From Eledone cirrhosa (taxonomy: Eukaryota): DNA of 64,000 bases. The notes beneath the pieces were generated by a model that saw nothing but the letters and a program-made list of their open reading frames with translations, did no database searches and was not told the origin of the DNA. The translations under genes and the position numbers were made by a program. This document shows positions 15,001 through 30,000 of the stretch, in pieces. Position 1 is the first letter of the stretch. Each line of letters starts with the position of its first letter. The stretch lies in assembly GCA_964016885.1 (NCBI GenBank), contig OZ024741.1, positions 367,350,001-367,414,000 on the forward strand. Reading direction: 5' to 3'.

Positions 15001-18000
15001 TGTATCTGTCTGTGTATCTGTCTTTGTATCTGTCTGTGTCTCTGTCTGTGTCTCTGTCTGTGTCTCTGTCTGTGTATCTGTATGTGTATCTGTCTGTGTA
15101 TCTGTCTGTGTATCTGTCTGTGTCTCTGTCTCTGTATCTGTATGTGTATCTGTATGTGTATCTGTCTGTGTATCTGTCTGTGTATCTGTATGTGTCTCTG
15201 TCTGTGTCTCTGTCTGTGTATCTGTCTGTGTCTCTGTCTGTGTCTCTGTCTGTGTATCTGTATGTGTATCTGTATGTGTCTCTGTCTGTGTATCTGTCTG
15301 TGTCTCTGTGTGTGTATCTGTATGTGTATCTGTCTGTGTATCTGTCTTTGTATCTGTCTGTGTCTCTGTCTGTGTCTCTGTCTGTGTCTCTGTCTGTGTA
15401 TCTGTATGTGTATCTGTCTGTGTATCTGTCTGTGTATCTGTCTGTGTCTCTGTCTCTGTATCTGTATGTGTATCTGTATGTGTATCTGTCTGTGTATCTG
15501 TCTGTGTATCTGTATGTGTCTCTGTCTGTGTCTCTGTCTGTGTATCTGTCTGTGTATCTGTCTGTGTATCTGTATGTGTATCTGTATGTGTATCTGTCTG
15601 TGTATCTGTATGTGTATCTGTCTGTGTATCTTTTTGTGTATCTGTATGTGTATCTGTCTGTGTATCTGTCTGTGTATCTGTCTGTGTATCTGTCTGTGTA
15701 TCTGTCTGTGTATCTGTATGTGTATCTGTCTGTGTATCTGTCTGTGTATCTGTATGTGTATCTGTCTGTGTATCTGTATGTGTATCTGTATGTGTATCTG
15801 TCTGTGTATCTGTCTGTGTCTCTGTCAGTGTATCTATCTGTGTCTCTGTCTGTGTCTCTGTCTGTGTCTCTGTCTGTGTATTTGTATGTGTATCTGTCTG
15901 TGTATCTGTATGTGTATCTGTCTGTGTATCTGTCTGTGTTTCTGTATGTGTATATGTATGTGTCTCTGTCTGTGTATCTGTATGTGTATCTGTCTGTGTA
16001 TCTGTATGTGTATCTGTCTGTGTATCTGTATGTGTATCTGTCTGTGTATCCGTCTGTGTATCTGTCTGTGTATCTGTCTGTGTATCTGTCTGTGTATCTG
16101 TCTGTGTATCTGTCTGTGTATCTGTATGTGTATATGTATGTGTATCTGTCTGTGTTTCTGTATGTGTATCTGTCTGTGTATCTGTATGTGTATCTGTCTG
16201 TGTTCCTGTATGTGTATTTGTCTGTGTATCTGTATGTGTATCTGTCTGTGTATCTGTCTGTGTATCTGTCTGTGTATCTGTATGTGTCTCTCTCTGTGTA
16301 TCTGTCTGTGTATCTGTCTGTGTATCTGTCTGTGTATCTGTCTGTGTATCTGTATGTGTATCTGTCTGTGTTCCTGTATGTGTATCTGTATGTGTATCTG
16401 TATGTGTCTCTGTCTGTGTATCTGTCTGTGTATCTGTCTGTGTATCTGTATGTGTATCTGTATGTGTATCTGTCTGTGTATCTGTATGTGTATCTGTCTG
16501 TGTATCTTTTTGTGTATCTGTATGTGTATCTGTCTGTGTATCTGTCTGTGTATCTGTCTGTGTATCTGTCTGTGTATCTGTCTGTGTATCTGTATGTGTA
16601 TCTGTCTGTGTATCTGTCTGTGTATCTGTATGTGTATCTGTCTGTGTATCTGTATGTGTATCTGTATGTGTATCTGTCTGTGTATCTGTCTGTGTCTCTG
16701 TCAGTGTATCTGTCTGTGTCTCTGTCTGTGTCTCTGTCTGTGTCTCTGTCTCTGTATTTGTATGTGTATCTGTCTGTGTATCTGTATGTGTATCTGTCTG
16801 TGTATCTGTCTGTGTTTCTGTATGTGTATATGTATGTGTCTCTGTCTGTGTATCTGTATGTGTATCTGTCTGTGTATCTGTATGTGTATCTGTCTGTGTA
16901 TCTGTATGTGTATCTGTCTGTGTATCCGTCTGTGTATCTGTCTGTGTATCTGTCTGTGTATCTGTCTGTGTATCTGTCTGTGTATCTGTCTGTGTATCTG
17001 TATGTGTATATGTATGTGTATCTGTCTGTGTTTCTGTATGTGTATCTGTCTGTGTATCTGTATGTGTATCTGTCTGTGTTCCTGTATGTGTATCTGTCTG
17101 TGTATCTGTATGTGTATCTGTCTGTGTATCTGTCTGTGTATCTGTCTGTGTATCTGTATGTGTCTCTGTCTGTGTATCTGTCTGTGTATCTGTCTGTGTA
17201 TCTGTCTGTGTATCTGTCTGTGTATCTGTATGTGTATCTGTCTGTGTTCCTGTATGTGTATCTGTATGTGTATCTGTATGTGTCTCTGTCTGTGTATCTG
17301 TCTGTGTATCTGTCTGTGTATCTGTATGTGTATCTGTCTGTGTATCTGTCTGTGTATCTGTATGTGTATCTGTCTGTGTATCTGTCTGTGTATCTGTCTG
17401 TGTATCTGTATGTGTATCTGTATGTGTATCTGTCTGTGTATCTGTATGTGTATCTGTCTGTGAATCTGTATGTGTATCTGTATGTGTATCTGTCTGTGTA
17501 TCTGTATGTGTATCTGTCTGTGTATCTGTATGTGTATCTGTCTGTGTATCTGTCTGTGTTTCTGTCTGTGTATCTGTATGTGTATCTGTATGTGTCTCTG
17601 TCTGTGTCTCTGTCTGTGTCTCTGTCTGTGTCTCTGTCTGTGTATCTGTATGTGTATCTGTCTCTGTATCTGTCTGTGTATCTGTCTGTGTATCTGTCTG
17701 TGTATCTGTCTGTGTATCTGTCTGTGTATCTGTATGTGTATCTGTCTGTGTATCTGTCTGTGTATCGGTCTGTGTATCTGTCTGTGTATCTGTCTGTGTA
17801 TCTGTCTGTGTATCTGTATGTGTATCTGTCTGTGTCTGTGTATCTGTCTGTTTATCTGTCTGTGTATCTGTCTGTGTATCTGTCTGTGTATCTGTATGTG
17901 TATCTGTATGTGTCTCTGTCTGTGTATCTGTCTGTGTTCCTGTATGTGTATCTGTCTGTGTATCTGTATGTGTATCTGTCTGTGTATCTGTCTGTGTATC

Positions 18001-21000
18001 TGTCTGTGTCTCTGTCTGTGTCTCTGTCTGTGTATCTGTATGTGTATCTGTATGTGTATCTGTCTGTGTATCTGTCTGTGTCTCTGTCTGTGTATCTGTA
18101 TGTGTATCTGTCTGTGTATCTGTCTTTGTATCTGTCTGTGTCTCTGTCTGTGTCTCTGTCTGTGTCTCTGTCTGTGTATCTGTATGTGTATCTGTCTGTG
18201 TATCTGTCTGTGTATCTGTCTGTGTCTCTGTCTCTGTATCTGTATGTGTATCTGTATGTGTATCTGTCTGTGTATCAGTCTGTGTATCTGTATGTGTCTC
18301 TGTCTGTGTCTCTGTCTGTGTATCTGTCTGTGTATCTGTCTGTGTATCTGTATGTGTATCTGTATGTGTATCTGTCTGTGTATCTGTATGTGTATCTGTC
18401 TGTGTATCTTTTTGTGTATCTGTATGTGTATCTGTCTGTGTATCTGTCTGTGTATCTGTCTGTGTATCTGTCTCTGTATCTGTCTGTGTATCTGTATGTG
18501 TATCTGTCTGTGTATCTGTCTGTGTATCTGTATGTGTATCTGTCTGTGTATCTGTATGTGTATCTGTATGTGTATCTGTCTGTGTATCTGTCTGTGTCTC
18601 TGTCTGTGTATCTGTCTGTGTCTCTGTCTGTGTCTCTGTCTGTGTCTCTGTCTGTGTATTTGTATGTGTATCTGTCTGTGTATCTGTATGTGTATCTGTC
18701 TGTGTATCTGTCTGTGTTTCTGTATGTGTATATGTATGTGTCTCTGTCTGTGTATCTGTATGTGTATCTGTCTGTGTATCTGTATGTGTATCTGTCTGTG
18801 TATCTGTATGTGTATCTGTCTGTGTATCTGTCTGTGTATCTGTCTGTGTATCTGTCTGTGTATCTGTCTGTGTATCTGTCTGTGTATCTGTCTGTGTATC
18901 TGTATGTGTATATGTATGTGTATCTGTCTGTGTTTCTGTATGTGTATCTGTCTGTGTATCTGTCTATGTATCTGTATGTGTCTCTGTCTGTGTATCTGTC
19001 TGTGTATCTGTCTGTGTATCTGTCTGTGTATCTGTCTGTGTATCTGTCTGTGTATCTGTATGTGTATCTGTCTGTGTTCCTGTATGTGTATCTGTATGTG
19101 TATATGTATGTGTCTCTGTCTGTGTATCTGTCTGTGTATCTGTCTGTGTATCTGTATGTGTATCTGTCTGTGTATCTGTCTGTGTATCTGTATGTGTATC
19201 TGTCTGTGTATCTGTCTGTGTATCTCTCTGTGTATCTGTATGTGTATCTGTCTGTGTTCCTGTATGTGTATCTGTCTGTGTATCTGTATGTGTATCTGTC
19301 TGTGTATCTGTCTGTGTATCTGTCTGTGTATCTGTCTGTGTATCTGTCTGTGTATCTGTATGTGTATATGTATGTGTATCTGTCTGTGTATCTGTATGTG
19401 TATCTGTCTGTGTATCTGTCTGTGTATCTGTCTGTGTTCCTGTAGGTGTATCTGTCTGTGTATCTGTATGTGTATCTGTCTGTGTATCTGTCTGTGTATC
19501 TGTCTGTGTATCTGTATGTGTATCTGTCTGTGTATCTGTCTGTGTATCTGTATGTGTATCTGTATGTGTATCTGTCTGTTTATCTGTCTGTGTATCTGTC
19601 TGTGTATCTGCCTGTGTATCTGTCTGTGTATCTGTATGTGTATCTGTCTGTGTATCTGTATGTGTATCTGTCTGTGTATCTGTCTGTGTATCTGTATGTG
19701 TATCTGTCTGTGTATCTGTATGTGTATCTGTATGTGTATCTGTATGTGTATCTGTCTGTGTATCTGTATGTGTATCTGTCTGTGTATCTGTATGTGTATC
19801 TGTCTGTGTATCTGTATGTGTATCTGTCTGTGTATCTGTCTGTGTATCTGTCTGTGTATCTGTCTGTGTATCTGTCTGTGTATCTGTCTGTGTATCTGTA
19901 TGTGTATCTGTCTGTGTATCTGTCTGTGTGTCTGTCTGTGTCTCTGTCTGTGTCTGTATATCTGTCTGTGTATCTGTCTGTGTATCTGTCTGTGTATCTG
20001 TCTGTGTATCTGTCTGTGTTTCTGTCTGTGTATCTGTCTGTGTATCTGTCTGTGTATCTGTCTGTGTATCTGTATGTGTATCTGTCTGTGTATCTGTCTG
20101 TGTATCTGTCTGTGTATCTGTATGTGTATCTGCCTGTGTATCTGTCTGTGTTTCTGTATGTGTATCTGTCTGTGTATCTGTCTGTGTATCTGTATGTGTA
20201 TCTGTCTGTGTATCTGTCTGTGTATCTGTCTGTGTTTCTGTATGTGTATCTGTATGTGTATCTGTCTGTGTATCTGTCTGTGTATCTGTCTGTGTATCTG
20301 TATGTGTATCTGTCTGTGTATCTGTCTGTGTATCTGTCTGTGTATCTGTCTGTGTTTCTGTATGTGTATCTGTCTGTGTATCTGTATGTGTATCTGTCTG
20401 TGTTTCTGTATGTGTATCTGTATGTGTATCTGTCTGTGTATCTGTATGTGTATCTGTCTGTGAATCTGTATGTGTATCTGTATGTGTATCTGTCTGTCTA
20501 TCTGTATGTGTATCTGTCTGTGTATCTGTATGTGTATCTGTATGTGTATCTGTATGTGTATCTGTATGTGTATCTGTCTGTGTATCTGTCTGTGTATCTG
20601 TATGTGTATCTGTCTGTGTATCTGTATGTGTATCTGTCTGTGTTTCTGTATGTGTATCTGTCTGTGTATCTGTATGTGTATCTGTCTGTGTATCTGTCTG
20701 TGTATCTGTCTGTGTATCTGTCTGTGTATCTGTCTGTGTATCTGTCTGTGTTTCTGTATGTGTATCTGTATGTGTATCTGTCTGTGTATCTGTATGTGTA
20801 TCTGTCTGTGTATCTGTATGTTTATCTGTATGTGTATCTGTCTGTGTATCTGTCTGTGTATCTGTCTGTGTATCTGTCTGTGTTTCTGTATGTGTATCTG
20901 TATGTGTATCTGTCTGTGTATCTGTATGTTTATCTGTATGTGTATCTGTATGTGTTTCTGTATGTGTATCTGTATGTGTATCTGTCAGTGTATCTGTCTG

Positions 21001-24000
21001 TGTATCTGTATGTGTATCTGTCTGTGTGTATCTGTCTGTGTATCTGTCTGTGTATCTGTCTGTGTATCTGTCTGTGTATCTGTATGTGTATCTGTCTGTG
21101 TATCCCTCTGTGTATCTGTCTGTGTATCTGTCTGTGTATCTGTATGTGTATCTGTATGTGTATCTGTATGTGTATCTGTCTGTGTATCTGTATGTGTATC
21201 TGTCTGTGTATCTGTATGTGTATCTGTCTGTGTATCTGTCTGTGTATCTGTATGTGTATCTGTCTGTGTATCTGTCTGTGTGTCTGTCTGTGTCTCTGTC
21301 TGTGTCTCTGTCTGTGTCTGTGTATCTGTCTGTGTATCTGTATGTGTATCTGTCTGTGTATCTGTCTGTGTATCTGTCTGTGTATCTGTATGTGTATCTG
21401 TATGTGTATCTGTATGTGTATCTGTCTGTGTATCTGTATGTGTATCTGTCTGTGTATCTGTCTGTGTATCTGTATGTGTATCTGTCTGTGTATCTGTCTG
21501 TGTGTCTGTCTGTGTCTCTGTCTGTGTATCTGTCTGTGTATCTGTCTGTGTATCTGTCTGTGTATCTGTCTGTGTATCTGTCTGTGTATCTGTCTGTGTA
21601 TCTGTCTGTGTATCTGTATGTGTATCTGTATGTGTCTCTGTCTGTGTATCTGTCTGTGTTCCTGTATGTGTATCTGTCTGTGTATCTGTATGTGTATCTG
21701 TCTGTGTATCTGTCTGTGTATCTGTCTGTGTCTCTGTCTGTGTCTCTGTCTGTGTATCTGTATGTGTATCTGTATGTGTATCTGTCTGTGTATCTGTCTG
21801 TGTCTCTGTCTGTGTATCTGTATGTGTATCTGTCTGTGTATCTGTCTTTGTATCTGTCTGTGTCTCTGTCTGTGTCTCTGTCTGTGTCCCTGTCTGTGTA
21901 TCTGTATGTGTATCTGTCTGTGTATCTGTCTGTGTATCTGTCTGTGTCTCTGTCTCTGTATCTGTATGTGTATCTGAATGTGTATCTGTCTGTGTATCTG
22001 TCTGTGTATCTGTATGTGTCTCTGTCTGTGTCTCTGTCTGTGTATCTGTCTGTGTATCTGTCTGTGTATCTGTATGTGTATCTGTATGTGTATCTGTCTG
22101 TGTATCTGTATGTGTATCTGTCTGTGTATCTTTTTGTGTATCTGTATGTGTATCTGTCTGTGTATCTGTCTGTGTATCTGTCTGTGTATCTGTCTGTGTA
22201 TCTGTCTGTGTATCTGTATGTGTATCTGTCTGTGTATCTGTCTGTGTATCTGTATGTGTATCTGTCTGTGTATCTGTATGTGTATCTGTATGTGTATCTG
22301 TCTGTTTATCTGTCTGTGTCTCTGTCTGTGTATCTGTCTGTGTCTCTGTCTGTGTCTCTGTCTGTGTCTCTGTCTGTGTATTTGTATGTGTATCTGTCTG
22401 TGTATCTGTATGTGTATCTGTCTGTGTATCTGTCTGTGTATCTGTCTGTGTTTCTGTATGTGTATCTGTCTGTGTATCTGTATGTGTATCTGTCTGTGTT
22501 CCTGTATGTGTATCTGTCTGTGTATCTGTATGTGTATCTGTCTGTGTATCTGTCTGTGTATCTGTATGTGTCTCTGTCTGTGTATCTGTCTGTGTATCTG
22601 TCTGTGTATCTGTCTGTGTATCTGTCTGTGTATCTGTCTGTGTATCTGTATGTGTATCTGTCTGTGTTCCTGTATGTGTATCTGTATGTGTATATGCATG
22701 TGTCTCTGTCTGTGTATCTGTCTGTGTATCTGTCTGTGTATCTGTATGTGTATCTGTCTGTGTATCTGTCTGTGTATCTGTATGTGTATCTGTCTGTGTA
22801 TCTGTCTGTGTATCTCTCTGTGTATCTGTATGTGTATCTGTCTGTGTTCCTGTATGTGTATCTGTCTGTGTATCTGTATGTGTATCTGTCTGTGTATCTG
22901 TCTGTGTATCTGTCTGTGTATCTGTCTGTGTATCTGTCTGTGTATCTGTATGTGTATCTGTATGTGTATCTGTCTGTGTATCTGTATGTGTATCTGTCTG
23001 TGTATCTGTCTGTGTATCTGTCTGTGTTCCTGTATGTGTATCTGTCTGTGTATCTGTATGTGTATCTGTCTGTGTATCTGTCTGTGTATCTGTATGTGTA
23101 TCTGTCTGTGTATCTGTCTGTGTATCTGTATGTGTATCTGTATGTGTATCTGTCTGTTTATCTGTCTGTGTATCTGTCTGTGTATCTGCCTGTGTATCTG
23201 TCTGTGTATCTGTATGTGTATCTGTCTGTGTATCTGTATGTGTATCTGTCTGTGTATCTGTCTGTGTATCTGTATGTGTATCTGTCTGTGTATCTGTATG
23301 TGTATCTGTATGTGTATCTGTATGTGTATCTGTCTGTGTATCTGTATGTGTATCTGTCTGTGTATCTGTATGTGTATCTGTCTGTGTATCTGTCTGTGTA
23401 TCTGTCTGTGTATCTGTCTGTGTATCTGTCTGTGTATCTGTCTGTGTATCTGTCTGTGTATCTGTCTGTGTATCTGTCTGTGTATCTGTCTGTGTGTCTG
23501 TCTGTGTCTCTGTCTGTGTCTGTATATCTGTCTGTGTATCTGTCTGTGTATCTGTCTGTGTATCTGTCTGTGTATCTGTCTGTGTTTCTGTCTGTGTATC
23601 TGTCTGTGTATCTGTCTGTGTATCTGTCTGTGTATCTGTATGTGTATCTGTCTGTGTATCTGTCTGTGTATCTGTCTGTGTATCTGTATGTGTATCTGCC
23701 TGTGTATCTGTCTGTGTTTCTGTATGTGTATCTGTCTGTGTATCTGTCTGTGTATCTGTATGTGTATCTGTCTGTGTATCTGTCTGTGTATCTGTCTGTG
23801 TTTCTGTATGTGTATCTGTATGTGTATCTGTCTGTGTATCTGTCTGTGTATCTGTCTGTGTATCTGTATGTGTATCTGTCTGTGTATCTGTCTGTGTATC
23901 TGTCTGTGTATCTGTCTGTGTTTCTGTATGTGTATCTGTCTGTGTATCTGTATGTGTATCTGTCTGTGTTTCTGTATGTGTATCTGTATGTGTATCTGTC

Positions 24001-27000
24001 TGTGTATCTGTATGTGTATCTGTCTGTGAATCTGTATGTGTATCTGTATGTGTATCTGTCTGTGTATCTGTATGTGTATCTGTCTGTGTATCTGTATGTG
24101 TATCTGTATGTGTATCTGTATGTGTATCTGTATGTGTATCTGTCTGTGTATCTGTCTGTGTATCTGTATGTGTATCTGTCTGTGTATCTGTATGTGTATC
24201 TGTGTGTGTTTCTGTATGTGTATCTGTCTGTGTATCTGTATGTGTATCTGTCTGCGTATCTGTCTGTGTATCTGTCTGTGTATCTGTCTGTGTATCTGTC
24301 TGTGTATCTGTCTGTGTTTCTGTATGTGTATCTGTATGTGTATCTGTCTTTGTATCTGTATGTGTATCTGTCTGTGTATCTGTATGTTTATCTGTATGTG
24401 TATCTGTCTGTGTATCTGTCTGTGTATCTGTCTGTGTATCTGTCTGTGTTTCTGTATGTGTATCTGTATGTGTATCTGTCTGTGTATCTGTATGTTTATC
24501 TGTATGTGTATCTGTATGTGTTTCTGTATGTGTATCTGTATGTGTATCTGTCAGTGTATCTGTCTGTGTATCTGTATGTGTATCTGTCTGTGTGTATCTG
24601 TCTGTGTATCTGTCTGTGTATCTGTCTGTGTATCTGTCTGTGTATCTGTATGTGTATCTGTCTGTGTATCCCTCTGTGTATCTGTCTGTGTATCTGTCTG
24701 TGTATCTGTATGTGTATCTGTATGTGTATCTGTATGTGTATCTGTCTGTGCATCTGTATGTGTATCTGTCTGTGTATCTGTCTGTGTATCTGTATGTGTA
24801 TCTGTCTGTGTATCTGTCTGTGTGTATGTCTGTGTCTCTGTCTGTGTCTCTGTCTGTGTCTGTGTATCTGTCTGTGTATCTGTATGTGTATCTGTCTGTG
24901 TATCTGTCTGTGTATCTGTCTGTGTATCTGTATGTGTATCTGTATGTGTATCTGTATGTGTATCTGTCTGTGTATCTGTATGTGTATTTGTCTGTGTATC
25001 TGTCTGTGTATCTGTATGTGTATCTGTCTGTGTATCTGTCTGTGTGTCTGTCTGTGTCTCTGTATGTGTCTCTGTCTGTGTCTGTGTATCTGTCTGTGTA
25101 TCTGTCTGTGTTTCTGTCTGTGTATCTGTCTGTGTATCTGTCTGTGTATCTGTCTGTGTATCTGTATGTGTATCTGTCTGTGTATCTGTCTGTGTTTCTG
25201 TATGTGTATCTGTCTGTGTATCTGTCTGTGTATCTTTATGTGTATCTGTCTGTGTATCTGTCTGTGTATCTGTATGTGTATCTGTATGTGTATCTGTCTG
25301 TGTATCTGTCTGTGTATCTGTATGTGTATCTGTCTGTGTATCTGTATGTGTATCTGTCTGTGTATCTGTCTGTGTATCTGTCTGTGTATCTGTCTGTGTA
25401 TCTGTCTGTGTTTCTGTATGTGTATCTGTATGTGTATCTGTCTGTGTATCTGTCTGTGTATCTGTCTGTGTATCTGTATGTGTATCTGTCTGTGTATCTG
25501 TATGTGTATCTGTCTGTGTTTCTGTATGTGTATCTGTCTGTGTATCTGTATGTGTATCTGCCTGTGTTTCTGTATGTGTATCTGTATGTGTATCTGTCTG
25601 TGTATCTGTATGTGTATCTGTCTGTGTATCTGTATGTGTATCTGTATGTGTATCTGTCTGTGTATCTGTATGTGTATCTGTCTGTCTATCTGTCTGTGTA
25701 TCTGTATGTGTATCTGTCTGTGTTTCTGTATGTGTATCTGTCTGTGTATCTGTATGTGTATCTGTCTGTGTTTCTGTATGTGTATCTGTATGTGTATCTG
25801 TCTGTGTATCTGTATGTGTATCTGTCTATGTATCTGTATGTGTATCTGTATGTGTATCTGTATGTGTTTCTGTATGTGTATCTGTATGTGTATCTGTCTG
25901 TGTATCTGTCTGTGTATCTGTATGTGTATCTGTCTGTGTCTCTGTCTGTGTCTCTGTCTGTGTCTCTGTCTGTGTATCTGTATGTGTATCTGTCCGTGTA
26001 TCTGTCTGTGTTTCTGTCTGTGTGTCTGTATGTGTATCTGTATGTGTCTCTGTCTGTGTCTCTGTCTGTGTCTCTGTCTGTGTCTCTGTCTGTGTATCTG
26101 TATGTGTATCTGTCTGTGTATCTGTATGTGTATCTGTATGTGTATCTGTCTGTGTATCTGTATGTGTATCTGTCTGTGTATCTGTATGTGTATCTGTATG
26201 TGTATCTGTCTGTGTATCTGTATGTGTATCAGTCTGTGTATCTGTCTGTGTATCTGTATGTGTATCTGTCTGTGTTTCTGTATGTGTATCTGTCTGTGTA
26301 TCTGTATGTGTATCTGTCTGTGTATCTGTATGTGTATCTGTCTGTGTTTCTGTATGTGTATCTGTATGTTTATCTGTATGTGTATCTGTCTGTGTATCTG
26401 TATCTGTATGTGTATCTGTATGTGTATCTGTATGTGTTTCTGTATGTGTATCTGTATGTGTATCTGTCTGTGTATCTGTCTGTGTATCTGTATGTGTATC
26501 TGTCTGTGTGTATCTGTCTGTGTATCTGTATGTGTATCTGTCTGTGTCTCTGTCTGTGTCTCTGTCTGTGTATCTGTATGTGTATCTGTCTGTGTATCTG
26601 TATGTGTATCTGTATGTGTATCTGTATGTGTATCTGTATGTGTATCTGTTTGTGTTTCTGTATGTGTATCTGTCTGTGTATCTGTATGTGTATCTGTCTG
26701 TGTCTCTGTCTGTGTCTCTGTCTGTGTCTCTGTCTGTGTCTCTGTCTGTGTATCTGTCTGTGTCTCTGTCTGTGTCTCTGTCTGTGTCTCTGTCTGTGTA
26801 TCTGTCTGTGTATCTGTCTGTGTATCTGTATGTGTATCTGTCTGTGTATCTGTCTGTGTTTCTGTCTGTGTATCTGTATGTGTATCTGTCTGTGTCTCTG
26901 TCTGTGTCTCTGTCTGTGTCTCTGTCTGTGTATCTGTCTGTGTATCTGTCTGTGTATCTGTCTGTGTATCTGTCTGTCTATTTGTCTGTGTATCTGTCTG

Positions 27001-30000
27001 TATATCTGTCTGTGTATCTGTCTGTGTATCTGTATGTGTTTCTGTCTGTGTATCTGTATGTGTCTCTGTCTGTGTATCTGTATGTGTTTCTGTCTGTGTA
27101 TCTGTCTGTGTTTCTGTCTGTGTATCTGTCTGTGTTTCTGTCTGTGTATCTGTCTGTGTTTCTGTCTGTGTATCTGTATGTGTCTCTGTCTGTGTATCTG
27201 TATGTGTTTCTCTCTGTGTATCTGTCTGTGTTTCTGTCTGTGTATGTGTCTGTGTATCTGTCGGTGTATCTGTCTGTGTATCTGTCTGTGTATCTGTATG
27301 TGTATCTGTATGTGTATCTGTCTGTGTATCTGTATGTGTATCTGTCTGTGTCTGTGTATCTGTCTGTGTATCTGTCTGTGTATCTGTCTGTGTATCTGTC
27401 TGTGTCTGTGTATCTGTCTGTGTATCTGTCTGTGTCTGTGTATCTGTCTGTGTATCTGTATGTGTATCTGTATGTGTCTCTGTCTGTGTATCTGTATGTG
27501 TTTCTGTCTGTGTATCTGTATGTGTATCTGTCTGTGTTTCTGTCTGTGTATCTGTCTGTGTCTCTGTCTGTGGCTCTGTCTGTGTATCTGTCTGTGTATC
27601 TGTCTGTGTATCTGTTTGTGTTTCTGTCTGTGTATCTGTATGTGTATCTGTCTGTGTTTCTGTCTGTGTATCTGTCTGTGTATCTGTCTGTGTCTCTGTC
27701 TGTGTATCTGTATGTGTATCTGTATGTGTATCTGTCTGTGTATCTGTCTGTGTCTCTGTCTGTGTATCTGTATGTGTATCTGTATGTGTATCTGTCTGTG
27801 TATCTGTCTGTGTATCTGTCTGTGTATCTGTCTGTGTATCTGTCTGTGTTTCTGTATGTGTATCTGTCTGTGTATCTGTATGTGTATCTGTCTGTGTTTC
27901 TGTATGTGTATCTGTATGTGTATCTGTCTGTGTATCTGTATGTGTATCTGTCTGTGAATCTGTATGTGTATCTGTATGTGTATCTGTCTGTGTATCTGTA
28001 TGTGTATCTGTCTGTGTATCTGTATGTGTATCTGTATGTGTATCTGTATGTGTATCTGTATGTGTATCTGTCTGTGTATCTGTCTGTGTATCTGTATGTG
28101 TATCTGTCTGTGTATCTGTATGTGTATCTGTCTGTGTTTCTCTATGTGTATCTGTCTGTGTATCTGTATGTGTATCTGTCTGCGTATCTGTCTGTGTATC
28201 TGTCTGTGTATCTGTCTGTGTATCTGTCTGTGTATCTGTCTGTGTTTCTGTATGTGTATCTGTCTGTGTATCTGTATGTTTATCTGTATGTGTATCTGTC
28301 TGTGTATCTGTCTGTGTATCTGTCTGTGTATCTGTCTGTGTTTCTGTATGTGTATCTGTATGTGTATCTGTCTGTGTATCTGTATGTTTATCTGTATGTG
28401 TATCTGTATGTGTTTCTGTATGTGTATCTGTATGTGTATCTGTCAGTGTATCTGTCTGTGTATCTGTATGTGTATCTGTCTGTGTGTATCTGTCTGTGTA
28501 TCTGTCTGTGTATCTGTCTGTGTATCTGTCTGTGTATCTGTATGTGTATCTGTCTGTGTATCCCTCTGTGTATCTGTCTGTGTATCTGTCTGTGTATCTG
28601 TATGTGTATCTGTATGTGTATCTGTATGTGTATCTGTCTGTGTATCTGTATGTGTATCTGTCTGTGTATCTGTATGTGTATCTGTCTGTGTATCTGTCTG
28701 TGTATCTGTATGTGTATCTGTCTGTGTATCTGTCTGTGTGTATGTCTGTGTCTCTGTCTGTGTCTCTGTCTGTGTCTGTGTATCTGTCTGTGTATCTGTA
28801 TGTGTATCTGTATGTGTATCTGTCTGTGTATCTGTATGTGTATCTGTCTGTGTATCTGTCTGTGTATCTGTATGTGTATCTGTCTGTGTATCTGTCTGTG
28901 TGTCTGTCTGTGTCTCTGTCTGTGTCTCTGTCTGTGTCTGTGTATCTGTCTGTGTATCTGTCTGTGTTTCTGTCTGTGTATCTGTCTGTGTATCTGTCTG
29001 TGTATCTGTCTGTGTATCTGTATGTGTATCTGTCTATGTATCTGTCTGTGTTTCTGTATGTGTATCTGTCTGTGTATCTGTCTGTGTATCTTTATGTGTA
29101 TCTGTCTGTGTATCTGTCTGTGTATCTGTATGTGTATCTGTATGTGTATCTGTCTGTGTATCTGTCTGTGTATCTGTATGTGTATCTGTCTGTGTATCTG
29201 TATGTGTATCTGTCTGTGTATCTGTCTGTGTATCTGTCTGTGTATCTGTCTGTGTATCTGTCTGTGTTTCTGTATGTGTATCTGTATGTGTATCTGTCTG
29301 TGTATCTGTCTGTGTATCTGTCTGTGTATCTGTATGTGTATCTGTCTGTGTATCTGTATGTGTATCTGTCTGTGTTTCTGTATGTGTATCTGTCTGTGTA
29401 TCTGTATGTGTATCTGCCTGTGTTTCTGTATGTGTATCTGTATGTGTATCTGTCTGTGTATCTGTATGTGTATCTGTCTGTGTATCTGTATGTGTATCTG
29501 TATGTGTATCTGTCTGTGTATCTGTATGTGTATCTGTCTGTCTATCTGTCTGTGTATCTGTATGTGTATCTGTCTGTGTTTCTGTATGTGTATCTGTCTG
29601 TGTATCTGTATGTGTATCTGTCTGTGTTTCTGTATGTGTATCTGTATGTGTATCTGTCTGTGTATCTGTATGTGTATCTGTCTGTGTATCTGTATGTGTA
29701 TCTGTATGTGTATCTGTATGTGTTTCTGTATGTGTATCTGTATGTGTATCTGTCTGTGTATCTGTCTGTGTATCTGTATGTGCATCAGTCTGTGTCTCTG
29801 TCTGTGTCTCTGTCTGTGTCTCTGTCTGTGTATCTGTATGTGTATCTGTCCGTGTATCTGTCTGTGTTTCTGTCTGTGTATCTGTATGTGTATCTGTATG
29901 TGTCTCTGTCTGTGTCTCTGTCTGTGTCTCTGTCTGTGTCTCTGTCTGTGTATCTGTATGTGTATCTGTCTGTGTATCTGTATGTGTATCTGTATGTGTA

